A stretch of 64,000 nucleotides of DNA from an uncultured Actinomycetes bacterium (GCA_963704885.1 CAVPIB010000001.1:224001-288000); one strand, 5' to 3'; shown: positions 27,466 to 38,322, counted from the first letter of the stretch. Notes: generated by a model not told the origin, from the letters alone. Numbers and translations are program-made.

Positions 27466-29061
27466 TCAACTGGTGGCGTTCCGCTTGGCCTCGGTGCGAC
27501 GCTCCGCCGCCAGGCGCTCCAGGTCGACGTCTTCGCCGCTCACGTAGGTGAACGATCGCCCGAGAGCAGGGTGGACCCCCTCGATCAACCGATGCATCTC
27601 CTGCGCCACCCGGCGATACGTCGGGTGGCCCTGCGGTTGAGAGCGCAGCTCCGTCAGGTGCATGGCCTCTCGGGCGTTCATCTGCATGGTGAAACGGATC
27701 CGGTAGGCCATGGCTACGGCGTACTGCGCCGCCTCCTCCAGGCCCTCGTCCCGGATCCGGCTTTCCATGGCAGCGCTCGCCTCCATGACGGTGTCCCACT
27801 CTGCGCGGAGCCCGGCCTGGTCGATCGCCGAGGGCGTGTCGTAGCCGAGCTCGGTGCGCAGCGGCTGCCATTCGACGGTGAGCGGCCGGTGACGCTGCAG
27901 GTCGCGGAACGCTCCGTAGTCGCAGCACACGTCGAACCGGTAGTCGGTGCGCTCCCACGCCCGGCCGGGCTTGTGCCGACGGTTCGTCCGCTCGCCGACG
28001 CTCGCGGCCAGGACCTCGGCCCGCTGGTCCGGGCCCAGTTCGCGCGCGATGTCGAGCAGCTGGTCGTCGGGGAGAGCGCTCGCGGCGTACAGCGCAGCGG
28101 CCACGACCTTCACCTCACCGTCCGGATCCCAATCGGTGAGCGTGACCTCCGGGCGAGGCGCGGGTTCCACCCCCGCGAGGGTCTTCCCGGCGACGTCATC
28201 CAGTCGCTCCCGCGTCTGGCGCCAGTACGCGCTCCACGCCACACCGCGATCGTCCACGTCGACCCTCTTCAGGAAGGCAGGGATCACCTTGCGAAGCTCG
28301 GTAAGCATCAGCCCGCCGTAGGAACGCATCTCTTCGAGAGGATGCGCGGCCAGCCTCATCAGCAGCTGTTCATAGGATTGTCCGGTCGCGTAGATGCCCA
28401 GGTTCGAGCGTGTAGCGGCCGGGAGGAGGAGCCGCAGCGTGTCACAGGTCTTCGCGGTGATCGTCGATCGATACACGAACTCCGAGTCGCTCGTTTCCCG
28501 CGGGAAGCGCGCCTCGAACCATGCGACCAACGGATCGAACATCCGGCCATACGTGTTGAACACAGTGTCCAAGTAGGTCTGGAACTCGGGCTCTAGCTCG
28601 CTGCCGGCGATCTCGGGAGGGACCGTCGCCCGCCACCTGTCACCGGGCCTGTCGTCGTAGCGCATGTAGCGAGTGGACTGCTCCAGGTAAGCGGCCATCC
28701 GCCCCCACTCGAGCGCCTTGCACAGGAGCTGCGACGACTGCTCACAAGCCAGGTGCACGCCGCCCAGCTGAGCCACAGAGTCGTCGCCGTACTCCACGAA
28801 CACGCGGTCATAGAGCTTCTCCGCGCGCCCCTCCCCGGCGCGGGTGAGTTCCCCAGCGGCGCCCACGTCCTCGGCGAACTCGTCGAGGAAGAGTCGCCGG
28901 AGCGACTTTGTGGTCCGGGAGTACCGGGCGAAGAGGGCACCCTTCACCACCTCTGGCAGGTTGGTGAGCACGAACACCGGTCCGTGCAGGTTGGTGAAGT
29001 GCCGCTGAAGGACCTCGGCCTCCGCGGCCGTGAAGGTCTCGGTCGCGTACGGGAGCGTCAA
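27466..29061 (-). CDS. thyX: FAD-dependent thymidylate synthase, tandem two-domain form
   Basis: GALFARYSR, YGDDSVAQL, EQSTRY (domain 1), RDLQRHR and ELRSQPQGH..YR (domain 2). TTG start overlaps the pknB stop (TTGA). Confidence 0.85.
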   Translation of the reverse strand: MTLPYATETFTAAEAEVLQRHFTNLHGPVFVLTNLPEVVKGALFARYSRTTKSLRRLFLDEFAEDVGAAGELTRAGEGRAEKLYDRVFVEYGDDSVAQLGGVHLACEQSSQLLCKALEWGRMAAYLEQSTRYMRYDDRPGDRWRATVPPEIAGSELEPEFQTYLDTVFNTYGRMFDPLVAWFEARFPRETSDSEFVYRSTITAKTCDTLRLLLPAATRSNLGIYATGQSYEQLLMRLAAHPLEEMRSYGGLMLTELRKVIPAFLKRVDVDDRGVAWSAYWRQTRERLDDVAGKTLAGVEPAPRPEVTLTDWDPDGEVKVVAAALYAASALPDDQLLDIARELGPDQRAEVLAASVGERTNRRHKPGRAWERTDYRFDVCCDYGAFRDLQRHRPLTVEWQPLRTELGYDTPSAIDQAGLRAEWDTVMEASAAMESRIRDEGLEEAAQYAVAMAYRIRFTMQMNAREAMHLTELRSQPQGHPTYRRVAQEMHRLIEGVHPALGRSFTYVSGEDVDLERLAAERRTEAKRNATS

Positions 29062-30734
29062 GGCGACGGGCTCTCCGGGGTCGGCGAGACCGCCTCGCCG
29101 ATGAACAGCGTGACCGTGGAGCCGACCTCGACCTGGGTGCCGGCCACGGGACTCATGGCAGCCACGCGGTTCGGGTTCGGACATTGGGGGAGCGCTGGAG
29201 CCGTTCCCGAGACCACCAAGAGCCCGAGGTTCTGGAGTTCCGCTTTCGCCGCGCCGTACGAACGACACGTCACGTCCGGAAGCGTCACCACCGCGGGCGC
29301 GGTGGACACCACCACCTGCACATCGCTGCCCTTAGGCACCTCCGTACCGGCCGCCGGGTCCTGGCTGATGATGGTCCCAACGGGAACGGTGGTACTCAAT
29401 TGTTCGGTCGGCACCAGGTTCACGCCGACCTGGAGAGCCAGCGACTGGGCCTCGGCCAGCGTCAGACCTGTGAACACGGGGACGGGCACCAGAGGCGGCT
29501 GTTTCGCGACCCAGATCGTGACCGTGGATCCGACTTCCACCTGGGTCTGCGCGAGTGGATCCTGCTCGACGACGCTGCCGACCTTTGCAGTGTCGGAGAC
29601 TCGGGTCTTGACGTCGACCTCCAGGCCGACGTCCTCGAGCTCGCTCGTGGCACGCTCCAGGCTGAATCCGATCAACCTGGGGACGCCTACGGTCTGCGGT
29701 GTTTCGTCGTTGTCTCCCAGCAGGGAGTTCGCAAGCACATAGCCCCCGCCGGCGAGGACCGCCACGGCGAGGATCCCTATCAGGACCCCTAGCCAGACTC
29801 GTTTGCCGCTGCCTGGGGGCGGGTCCTGCGGCGGGAGAACCGCGGTCTGCGGGCGGTTGATCACCTGGGTGGCCTCGGCTCCGACCGGGAGCAGAGGAGT
29901 CGCCAGCACCTGCTGCCCCTGCCGCGCTCTCTCCAGATCGGCGCGGAACTCGTCCGCGGTCTGGTATCGGTTCGCTGGGTTCTTCGCCAGCGAGCGCATC
30001 ACCACGGCGTCGAGCGCCGGTGGCACATCGGCGTTCACCCGCGATGGCGGGATCGGGTTCTCGTTCACCTGCTTGTAGGCGATCGCCACGGAGGAGTCGC
30101 CGGTGAACGGAGGGCGTCCGGTAAGCGTCTCGTAGAGCACCGCGCCGAGCGAGTAGATGTCGCTCCGACCGTCCACGGGCTGGCCCTGGGCTTGCTCGGG
30201 TGAGATGTAGGCGGCCGTGCCCAGAACGGCGGAGGTCTGTGGGGCAGTCTCGGGTCCCGCCACGATCCGCGCGATGCCGAAGTCCATGACCTTCACCACA
30301 CCCTTGCGGGTGACCATGATGTTGGCCGGCTTGATGTCTCGGTGGATCACGCCCCCTACGTGCGCGTAGGCGAGCGCCTCGCAGATCTTCTCGGTCACCT
30401 CGGCGGTGTTGACCGGGCTGAAGTGGCCTCCGGCGCTCAGGAAGTCGGCGAGCGTTCGTCCCTCGATGAACTCCATCACTATGAACTGAGTCTCGCCGTC
30501 GGAGCCCGAGTCGTAGATGCCGACGATGTTGGGGTGGTTCAGCCGGGCGGCCGCCTGCGCCTCGCGACGGAAACGCTCGACGAAGTTGGAATCCCGGGCG
30601 AACTGTGGGAGCAGGATCTTGATCGCGACCGTGCGATCGAGCACCGTGTCGACGCCGCGGTAGACCTCGGCCATGCCGCCTGATCCGATGCGCGCCTCGA
30701 CGCGGTAGCGCCCACCTAACACCGACTCGCTCAA
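29058..30734 (-). CDS. pknB: Ser/Thr protein kinase with TM and 3 PASTA domains
   Basis: GSGGMAEVY, FRREAQAAARLNHP, HRDIKPAN, DFGIAR, TM, PASTA repeats. TTG start after GAGGAGG. Confidence 0.95.
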   Translation of the reverse strand: MSESVLGGRYRVEARIGSGGMAEVYRGVDTVLDRTVAIKILLPQFARDSNFVERFRREAQAAARLNHPNIVGIYDSGSDGETQFIVMEFIEGRTLADFLSAGGHFSPVNTAEVTEKICEALAYAHVGGVIHRDIKPANIMVTRKGVVKVMDFGIARIVAGPETAPQTSAVLGTAAYISPEQAQGQPVDGRSDIYSLGAVLYETLTGRPPFTGDSSVAIAYKQVNENPIPPSRVNADVPPALDAVVMRSLAKNPANRYQTADEFRADLERARQGQQVLATPLLPVGAEATQVINRPQTAVLPPQDPPPGSGKRVWLGVLIGILAVAVLAGGGYVLANSLLGDNDETPQTVGVPRLIGFSLERATSELEDVGLEVDVKTRVSDTAKVGSVVEQDPLAQTQVEVGSTVTIWVAKQPPLVPVPVFTGLTLAEAQSLALQVGVNLVPTEQLSTTVPVGTIISQDPAAGTEVPKGSDVQVVVSTAPAVVTLPDVTCRSYGAAKAELQNLGLLVVSGTAPALPQCPNPNRVAAMSPVAGTQVEVGSTVTLFIGEAVSPTPESPSP

Positions 30735-30747
30735 CCTTGCTCCCTCC

Positions 30748-32265
30748 TCATCCCAGGAACGCCTCCATGACCTGCCTGGCGATCGGGGCGGCGATCGCGC
30801 CCCCCGTCGCCTCGTTCCCGAGGTTGCCGCCGTCCAAGACGATAACCGCCACCGCGATGGTGGGGACCTGGCCCTCACCGGCCGGTGCGAACGAGATGAA
30901 CCATGCATGGGGCGCCGAATCGGGTCCGCCGTGCTGAGCCGTTCCGGTCTTGCCGGCGACCGTGTACCCGGATATCTGGGCGGCCTGGCCGGTCCCGGCC
31001 GCCACCACGTTCACCATCATGATCCGCAAGGCATCCGCGGTCTGCTCCGATATCGGGCGGCCGTACTCCGACGGATCGAAGCGGCGGATCACTCGCCCCT
31101 GCGGATCCCGGATCTCCGTGACCAGACGTGGGCTCATCATGATCCCGCCGTTGGCGACGGCGGAGGCCACCAGCGCCATCTGCATCGGGTTGGCCAGGAC
31201 GTTGTCCTGTCCGATCGCCGAGATGGCCACGAGGGGGTCATTCTGGTCGAAGTACGACTCCACCGGGAAGCGTCCGCTCTCGAACGGGATGTCGAACGGG
31301 ATCGTCGGCTCGATGCACTCTGTTAGGAGCGGCGGATCCGTCTGGCAGAATCCGAACGCGTGCGCCTGATCCGAGAGCTTCTGAGCCCCGATCGTCAGTC
31401 CGATCTCGCCGAAGATCACGTTGCACGAGTTCGTGAACGCCGTAAGCAGCGTGGTCTTCGATCCCCCCGGGCACTGGCTGCCGCCGAAGTTCTGGATGGT
31501 GCCCTCCGTCAGCGGAAGGTCCAGCTCGTGAGGGTTCGGCCACGTGCTATCCAGCCCGTAGCCATCCTCGAGCGCGGCCGCGGCCGTGACGATCTTGAAC
31601 GTGGACCCGGGTGGATACAGCTCGTCGTTCGCACGAGAGACCAGCGGGCGGCTGGGATCGGCGTTCAACCGCTCCCACGACGCCCTCACCTCCGCGCCGT
31701 CTTGTGAGGACAGCTCGTTCGGATCGAAGGTTGGATTGGAGACGAGAGCCAGGACGTCACCGGTCGTGGGGTCGATCGCCACCACAGCGCCGGGGAGCGA
31801 GCCCAGGGCATCGGAGGCCACGCGCTGCAGTGCCGCGTCGATCGTGGTCACGACCGTGCCGCCCTTCTTCGGGCGGCCCAGGACCAGGTCGGCGAACGTC
31901 GAGACGGTCAGCTCGGCCGCGTTGCCCGACAGGTAGGGGTTCATGGACTGTTCCAGCTCGCTCCGTCCGTAGATGCGCGAGTAGTAACCGGTCAGGTCGG
32001 CGAACAGAGGCCCGTCCGGGTAGGTCCGCTGATACAGGAAGGTCGCGTGCCCGGTCGTCGCATCGCTTTGGGCCAGCACCAGGCCGTCCGCGGACAGGAT
32101 GCGACCCCGGTCCACCCGGTACTCCGCGATGATCTGGCGTGTGGCGTTCGCCGGGTTGCCGGCGATCCGTTCGGACGCGAACACCTGTATGTAGGACACC
32201 TGGAAGAACAAAAACCCGAAGAGGATGACGAGGGCCACGCCCAATCGACGGATCCTTCGGTTCAC
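30748..32265 (-). CDS. pbpA: Class B penicillin-binding protein
   Basis: STFK, SCN and KTG motifs; N-terminal TM; rodA-pbpA-pkn synteny. Confidence 0.93.
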   Translation of the reverse strand: MNRRIRRLGVALVILFGFLFFQVSYIQVFASERIAGNPANATRQIIAEYRVDRGRILSADGLVLAQSDATTGHATFLYQRTYPDGPLFADLTGYYSRIYGRSELEQSMNPYLSGNAAELTVSTFADLVLGRPKKGGTVVTTIDAALQRVASDALGSLPGAVVAIDPTTGDVLALVSNPTFDPNELSSQDGAEVRASWERLNADPSRPLVSRANDELYPPGSTFKIVTAAAALEDGYGLDSTWPNPHELDLPLTEGTIQNFGGSQCPGGSKTTLLTAFTNSCNVIFGEIGLTIGAQKLSDQAHAFGFCQTDPPLLTECIEPTIPFDIPFESGRFPVESYFDQNDPLVAISAIGQDNVLANPMQMALVASAVANGGIMMSPRLVTEIRDPQGRVIRRFDPSEYGRPISEQTADALRIMMVNVVAAGTGQAAQISGYTVAGKTGTAQHGGPDSAPHAWFISFAPAGEGQVPTIAVAVIVLDGGNLGNEATGGAIAAPIARQVMEAFLG

Positions 32266-33566
32266 CCGGCGCTCCTACGGACCCAGGACCCAGCCGACAC
32301 GCGGATCAGTAGCGCCAGGATCACGAAGTTAGCCACCAGGCTGGACCCGCCGTAGGAGACGAACGGCAACGTTATGCCCGTGAGCGGGATCAGCCGCGTG
32401 ACGCCGCCCACGATGACGAACGTCTGGACGGCGACGATCGTGGTGAGACCGGTGGCGAGCAACGTCCCGAACGCGTCGGTTCGCTCCACGGCCACGCGGA
32501 GGCTCCGCCCGATCAGGGTCAAGAAGACCAGCAGGATGGCGGCGGTCCCCAGGAGCCCCAGCTCCTCACCGATCGCTGCGAAGATGAAGTCGGTCGCGGC
32601 GTAGGGGATCAACGTGGGCGAGCCCAGGCCCAACCCGGTCCCGACCAGGCCTCCCGACGCCAGGGCGAACTGGCCCTGCGCCAGTTGTCCGTAGCCGAGC
32701 GCGTAGACGTTCTGGGGGTCGAGGGCGTGCAGCCAGTAGTCCACGCGGAGCTGAACGTGAGTGAACATCAGATAGCCGATCCAGGCACCCACGGCGAACA
32801 TCACGAACCCGAGCACCAGGTACCCCGGGCGGCCGCTCGCGACCCAGAGCATCACGACGAATACCGCGAAGAACAGCAAAGAAGCCCCCAGGTCCTTCTC
32901 CAGGAACAAGACGGCGAGCGACGTGGCCCACGCGATCAACAGCGGGCCCAGGTCCTTCACGCGCGGCAGCCCGAAGCGTCCCGCGCCACTCGCGAGCAGC
33001 TCTCGTTTGGCCGACAGGTAGGACGCCAGGAAGATCACGATCAGGACCTTGCCGAACTCGGCCGGCTGGAACGACAGCGGCCCGATCGCGACCCACAGTC
33101 GAGCGCCGTTGATCACACGTCCCACTCCCGGGACGATCGGCAGCAGCAGCAGGATCAGACCGGCCAAGCCGATCGTGTAGGTGTAGGCGTCGAGCATCCG
33201 GTCGTCACGGACGAACATCAGTGTCACGACGAACGCGACGAGCCCGACCACCAACCACGTGACCTGCTCCACCGCGAGGTCGGGCTTGAGTCGCCAGATC
33301 ACGGCGAAGCCCATGGCTGAAAGGAGCGCCGCTGCGGGCAAGAGCACGGGGTCGGCACGGCGAGCGACCCTGCGAGTCACGTACCAAGCCGCGAGGAACC
33401 CCAACGCTATGACGGATCCATAGAGCCCGATGCTCGGAGGCACGCGCCCTCGTTTGCCCAGACCCACCAGCGCGTAGGCCCCGATCCCCAGGGTCAACGC
33501 CAAGATCAGCAGACCGAGCCCGGTCGTGGTCCGGAGGGGCTTCGAAGCGGCCGCGCTCCGGCTCAA
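32262..33566 (-). CDS. rodA: SEDS family peptidoglycan glycosyltransferase
   Basis: FQPAEFGK, EKDLGA, TDFIFAAIGEELG, PLTGITLPFVSYGGSS. TTG start overlaps the pstP stop. Confidence 0.93.
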   Translation of the reverse strand: MSRSAAASKPLRTTTGLGLLILALTLGIGAYALVGLGKRGRVPPSIGLYGSVIALGFLAAWYVTRRVARRADPVLLPAAALLSAMGFAVIWRLKPDLAVEQVTWLVVGLVAFVVTLMFVRDDRMLDAYTYTIGLAGLILLLLPIVPGVGRVINGARLWVAIGPLSFQPAEFGKVLIVIFLASYLSAKRELLASGAGRFGLPRVKDLGPLLIAWATSLAVLFLEKDLGASLLFFAVFVVMLWVASGRPGYLVLGFVMFAVGAWIGYLMFTHVQLRVDYWLHALDPQNVYALGYGQLAQGQFALASGGLVGTGLGLGSPTLIPYAATDFIFAAIGEELGLLGTAAILLVFLTLIGRSLRVAVERTDAFGTLLATGLTTIVAVQTFVIVGGVTRLIPLTGITLPFVSYGGSSLVANFVILALLIRVSAGSWVRRSAG

Positions 33567-34708
33567 GGAGCTGTCGCCTCCACGGTCGCAACGTCGGATC
33601 GGATCTGTTCGACGATCGCCATCGCCTCGTCCCGGCTGTTGGCAGTGATCCCGTCGGGCAGCTCGGCGTAGAACTCCAGGGCCGCGGCCTGGTCGGCCGG
33701 GATGTCGGTCTCGAGCTCCACATGCGAGAACCGGACTCCCGCGAGCTCGGCGGGGATGCCCTGATAGACGGCGACGTGGCCGCTGGACTCTCCCACGTAC
33801 CACTGGCGGTCGATGTATCCGCGGCCCAGTACGAAGACGGTCGCCAACGCGACCGCGACGACTGCGCCGCGGAGTACCCATCGCTTGATCGTGGCCCGCG
33901 ACGGTCGGCGCCGACCTCGGGAGGTCGCCTGCACGGTCGACCGCTTCGACGGCCCATCGCTCGCGGCGTCCTTCCCCGGCGAGGGCTCGCCCTCGGACGC
34001 TGAGTCGTCCCCTTCCAGGAAGTCGAGGACCACCACGGTGATGTTGTCGATGCCTCCCGCCCGGTTCGCCGCCTTGATCAGGCGGTCGGCGGTCTCTTGG
34101 GACCCGGGGGTCGCTTCCAGGATGGCTTGGATCTGGTCTTCGGAGACCATGTTGGTCAGACCGTCGCTGCATATGAGGATGCGATCGCCGTCCATGACGG
34201 GGATGTCGTCCAGGTCTACGTCAACGTCCGGCTCGGTGCCCACGACCCGCGTGAGGACGTTTCGGTGGGGGTGGACGTCGGCCTCTTCGCGCGTGATCTC
34301 GCCTGCCTTCACCATGCGATTGACGAGCGTGTGGTCCTCGCTGAGTTGACGGAACGCGCCGGCGCGCAACAGATATGCGCGGCTGTCGCCGACGTGAGCA
34401 AGATGCGCGCCGGCGTCGTCGACCAGCACCGTCGTCAGTGTGGTGCCCATCCCCGTGACGCTCTGATCGGCCATGGAGCGTTCGAAGACGGCGCGGTTGG
34501 CGGATCGCACCATGTCGGTCAACGTGGCCTTGCCCGCGCGGGACAGCTCTTCGACCTTGTCGAGCGCCAGCTCGGAGGCTACGGCTCCACCGCGATGTCC
34601 GCCCATGCCGTCGGCGATCGCGTACAGCGGGGGATCGACCAGGTACGAGTCTTCGTTCCGCTCGCGGACGCGGCCGATGTCGGTGGCGGCCCCAGCCTCG
34701 ACCCTCAC
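33563..34708 (-). CDS. pstP: PP2C-family Ser/Thr phosphatase with TM
   Basis: RERNED, ADGMGGH, HVGDSRAY, CSDGL, GGIDNIT. Confidence 0.94.
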   Translation of the reverse strand: MRVEAGAATDIGRVRERNEDSYLVDPPLYAIADGMGGHRGGAVASELALDKVEELSRAGKATLTDMVRSANRAVFERSMADQSVTGMGTTLTTVLVDDAGAHLAHVGDSRAYLLRAGAFRQLSEDHTLVNRMVKAGEITREEADVHPHRNVLTRVVGTEPDVDVDLDDIPVMDGDRILICSDGLTNMVSEDQIQAILEATPGSQETADRLIKAANRAGGIDNITVVVLDFLEGDDSASEGEPSPGKDAASDGPSKRSTVQATSRGRRRPSRATIKRWVLRGAVVAVALATVFVLGRGYIDRQWYVGESSGHVAVYQGIPAELAGVRFSHVELETDIPADQAAALEFYAELPDGITANSRDEAMAIVEQIRSDVATVEATAP

Positions 34709-35155
34709 CGTCGGAGCTCCATCATGGTCGTCCCGACTCGGATGCGGTCACCCGGCTGCACCATGGCCGGCGAAGCCAGCTTCTGGTCGTTCACGAACGT
34801 TCCGTTGGTGGACCCGAGATCCTCCACGTACCACGACGTCGTTCTTGCCGAAGAGCCGCGCGTGCTGGGACGAGGCGTACGTGTCGTCGATCAGCAGCTC
34901 GCACTCGGTACCGCGCCCGATGGTCATGCTGGCGGCCAACTTCAGGGATCGCGGCTTGCCATCCGGCGGGTGGACGACCACCGTCGTCGGACCCGTCGGC
35001 GCCGGGGGGGCGTTGCCGTTCTTCTTCGCCCGTCGCCCGGATGGCGCGGGCTCCACCGTCAGACCTCGCACCGCCCAGCGCATCGAGCGCCAGATGAATA
35101 GGAATAGCAGCGCGAACAATCCGTACTTGATCGCCGAGAGCGCGAACGGCGTCAT
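34705..35155 (-). pseudogene. fhaB: FhaB/FipA (TM + FHA domain) interrupted by a +1 frameshift near 34837
   Basis: IGR..SSQHARLFGKND continues in another frame as SWYVEDLGSTNGTFVN...GTTMMELRR*, whose stop overlaps the pstP GTG. The 451 bp span is 3n+1. Confidence 0.85.
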
Positions 35156-35841
35156 GGGTTCGTCTGCCGGAACTCGAGGACCGTGGTGCCGATCGTGATG
35201 CGGTCTCCGTCGGCGAGCTCCCGGCTCTGGATCGTCTGACCGTTGAGCCGCGTGCCGTTCGTGGAGCCGAGGTCGGTGAGCGTGTGGGTCCCGTCCTTGC
35301 GACGGATCTGCGCGTGGCGGCGCGAGGCGCCCTTGTCGGAGATCATCACCTCACACGCGGGCAGGCGTCCGATCGTTGCGACGTCTGCCGCTAGGACGAC
35401 CGAGCGCGCCTCCCCGTCCTCGTGGATCACCAGCGACGCCGCAGAAGCCGGCGCCGGGTCCACCTTCTCCTCGCCCTCCACGAGCGAGGCCTGACAGCGG
35501 AACTCGCCCTTCTTCAGCTTCCGCTCCGTCTCGAACATGATCTCCGGTGGACCCACCAGACCCCACCCTCGCTCGGAGGCGTTCTCGCGCACGACCTCCT
35601 TCAGTTCTGTGACGAGTGCGGCCTCCGCCTGTTCGAAGCGCACGGCGTCGGAGGGCGAGAGCCGGAACGTGAAGGAGTTGGGGGCCCACACCTCGGATAC
35701 GCCCACCGTGCGGCCGGCGTCCATCTCCTTCAGGACGCGCTTGGCCAGCTCGACCGGTTGCAGGCCGCTGCGGAAGGTCTTGGCGAACAGTCCTTCGACC
35801 AGACCACCGAGTCGTCGTTCGAAATCGCGGAGGATGGGCAC
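35152..35841 (-). CDS. fhaA: FhaA (DUF3662 + FHA domain)
   Basis: FERRLGGLVEGLFAKTFRSGLQPVE N-terminus; FHA motifs IGR, SRRHA, DLGSTNGT. Confidence 0.92.
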   Translation of the reverse strand: MPILRDFERRLGGLVEGLFAKTFRSGLQPVELAKRVLKEMDAGRTVGVSEVWAPNSFTFRLSPSDAVRFEQAEAALVTELKEVVRENASERGWGLVGPPEIMFETERKLKKGEFRCQASLVEGEEKVDPAPASAASLVIHEDGEARSVVLAADVATIGRLPACEVMISDKGASRRHAQIRRKDGTHTLTDLGSTNGTRLNGQTIQSRELADGDRITIGTTVLEFRQTNP

Positions 35842-35860
35842 AGGTGAACGTTGGCGCAGG

Positions 35861-36272
35861 TCAGCGTGTCTGCGCTCCTGCGCGCGATTCTACCCCGCGG
35901 GCTTGTGACGAACCCGTTGCGTCGGCCTCGCTCGTCTGCGCGAAGCCGTACCGCTCGTCGGGCGAAAGGCGACTCAGCCGCCACTCGCTCAGACGGATCT
36001 GGAAGTGGTGCGCGTAGACCAGCAGCATGACGACCAGCAGGAACCGGAGGGTGGCCGGCCGGTTCACCTCGAGGATGCCGCCGAGCGTGCCGTACAACCC
36101 GATCAGCGACCAGGCCGCCAGGACCCCGAACCCCACGATGCGTCAGGTGCCGCAGGAGGGTGTCTATCTGGAGTCGTTGTCGGAGCGTCATGAGGGCGAA
36201 GTCTCCGAACGTCGCGACCTGTGGGCCATCGGCTGGCCGGGCGGTTTCTGCGGTCACCCGCTGCGCCGACAC
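35861..36272 (-). pseudogene. Hypothetical 2-TM protein, apparently split by a +1 frameshift at about 36143
   Basis: Removing one base joins ...QIDTLLRHL to RIVGFGVLAAWSLIGLYG...LLVVMLLVYAHHFQ. The 412 bp span is 3n+1. Confidence 0.45.
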
Positions 36273-36320
36273 GGGCGGGTCAGTATTGGGTAGTCACCGG
36301 TCCGGAACCGAAGGTGGGCT

Positions 36321-36329
36321 TGCTACCAT
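36321..36329 (+). promoter_or_regulatory. Extended -10 promoter element of tRNA-Leu
   Basis: TGCTACCAT (TGn-TANNNT) 12 nt upstream of the tRNA 5' end. Confidence 0.55.
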
Positions 36330-36341
36330 GGCGCTCCCCAC

Positions 36342-36428
<87 letters not shown>

Positions 36429-36536
36429 ACGACCGACCGGCGGCGTAGATGATCAAGCGGACCTGCGGCGGCGGACGGCGTTGGCCGCCGGACTTGCTGT
36501 CCCATCGATGTATCTTCCACGGCGGAGGATTTCACC

Positions 36537-37250
36537 ATGTCGACGTTCGTCATCGTTCACGGAGCCTGGGGCTCGCCCGCCGAGATGGAACCTGTGGTTG
36601 AGCCGTTGGAGTCGGCCGGCCACGCAGCGATCACCGTCGACCTGCCATGTGTCGACGCTGATGCGACCTTGGAGCAGTACGCAGCCGCCGTGCGCGCCGT
36701 ACTCCCCGATGACCCGGCCGACGTTGTGCTGGTCGGTCACTCGTTCGGAGGCTTCACCGTTTCGACCATCGCCGCGGAGAACGTTGGCATGTCGGTGGTG
36801 TACGTCGCGGCCTGGGTACCGCAGCCGGGCGCCTCGGTGATCGATCTCTTCTTGGGCAGCGATCCATTCGCTGACGGTGACGAAGATGCGGGAATCGCCG
36901 CCTTCGGCGGATTGATCGCCAGTGCTGGCGCTGGTCTGTGTGCCTTGGACATCGACCGGTTGGTCGCGGCGGTCGATCCGTCCGAGCAGGACGCGACCCG
37001 GTCGTATCTCGAGCAGACACAGCGTCCGCAGGGCATCGCCGCGCTGCGCCAGAAGTGGAACGGCGATCTGCCGACCTCCGGCCGCCTCACCTACGTCGTG
37101 ACCACCGCCGACACGCTGGTGCCACCAGAGGCCCAACGGGCGATGGCGGCATCAGTGGGCGCCGATGTCGTCGAGATCGACACGGGTCACTCGCCCTTCG
37201 GCGAGCAGCCCGCACGCCTTGCCGAGCTGTTGGTCGCCGCCACCCGCTGA
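36537..37250 (+). CDS. Alpha/beta hydrolase (methylesterase-like)
   Basis: VHGAW, GHSFGG, D and GHSP triad; RBS GGAGG. Confidence 0.88.
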   Translation: MSTFVIVHGAWGSPAEMEPVVEPLESAGHAAITVDLPCVDADATLEQYAAAVRAVLPDDPADVVLVGHSFGGFTVSTIAAENVGMSVVYVAAWVPQPGASVIDLFLGSDPFADGDEDAGIAAFGGLIASAGAGLCALDIDRLVAAVDPSEQDATRSYLEQTQRPQGIAALRQKWNGDLPTSGRLTYVVTTADTLVPPEAQRAMAASVGADVVEIDTGHSPFGEQPARLAELLVAATR

Positions 37251-37611
37251 CCTCCAAGCTCTCAGCGCGGCGGTGACCGCGGGTATATGTAGCCTTGCTC
37301 GGAACCTGGGGGCGACGGAGGCGGGCCTCGTGGGCGGAGCGACCTGGACGAACTGGGAGACCCACGACAAGGCCGAGACCGCCACTCCCTCGCGGCGACC
37401 TGGGTGCGTGAGCATCTCGCCGACCGTGTCGAGCTTCGCTCAAGCGCCGTGGGCGGTCGGCAGGACGCCGGCGAGACGCCACCCGGTCAGCCGACGATCG
37501 GTTGTGTGGCTTAGCGTGCCGTCAGGACGAGTCCGATCGAGAGCAGCGCTATCGACATGCCGTCACCGCGAGCGGCAGTGCGACGTTCCGTAACTTCAGA
37601 GGGGGAGCTTG

Positions 37612-38322
37612 ATGAGCGAGGAGATCCGCAGGACGGCGTTCGACCGCCCGCAGCGCGCGATGGGCGTCGTCCAGCACCTCGACCGGGAAGGTTGGTATCG
37701 GCCCAAACACTTCGGCGACCCCGTCGCCGAGCACCGCGCGATCCGCAACGACGTCGGTGTCTGGGACGCGTCGCCGCTGCGCAAGTTGGCGTTCAGCGGC
37801 CCCGACGCCGTGAAGGCGGTCGACCGCATCTTCACGAACGACATGCTGAGCCTCGAGGTCGGGCAGGTACGGTACACACCGTTCTGCGACGAGAAGGGCA
37901 AGATGGTCGGTGAATGCACGGTCTTCAAGACCGCCGACGATGGGTTCTTGGCGGTCACCGCGCTCGACTCCGATCTCGACCATTTCAGGGTCGTCGCCGA
38001 AGGCCTCACGGTCGAGATCGAGCCGATGACGAGGTCGCTTCCGCAGCTCGGGATCACCGGCCCTCGGTCGCGCGAGACTCGTGGCCGCCTCCTGGTGGCG
38101 CGCGCAGACCGCCCCGGCGTAACCTCGCGGCGATGGCCGTCGAGATGCCCACCCGCCGCCGCGCGATCCACACCCTTGAGGCGAACGACCCAGAACGATC
38201 CCAACAGCTCTTCGAAGGCCCCCGAAAGAGATCGAACTTTCGCGCACGGGCTACCTATCCACTCGATTCTCCCCAGTCCGGCGACCAAAGCCCTCGATAT
38301 CCCAAGCAGATCGGGCGTCTGA
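37612..38322 (+). pseudogene. Truncated GcvT-family aminomethyltransferase; recognisable homology ends at about 38080
   Basis: FGDPVAEHRAIRNDVGVWD.S, GPDA, GQVRYTPFCDEKG, ITGPRSRE, then non-homologous sequence. The TGELG(Y)E motif and C-terminal barrel are missing. Confidence 0.75.
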
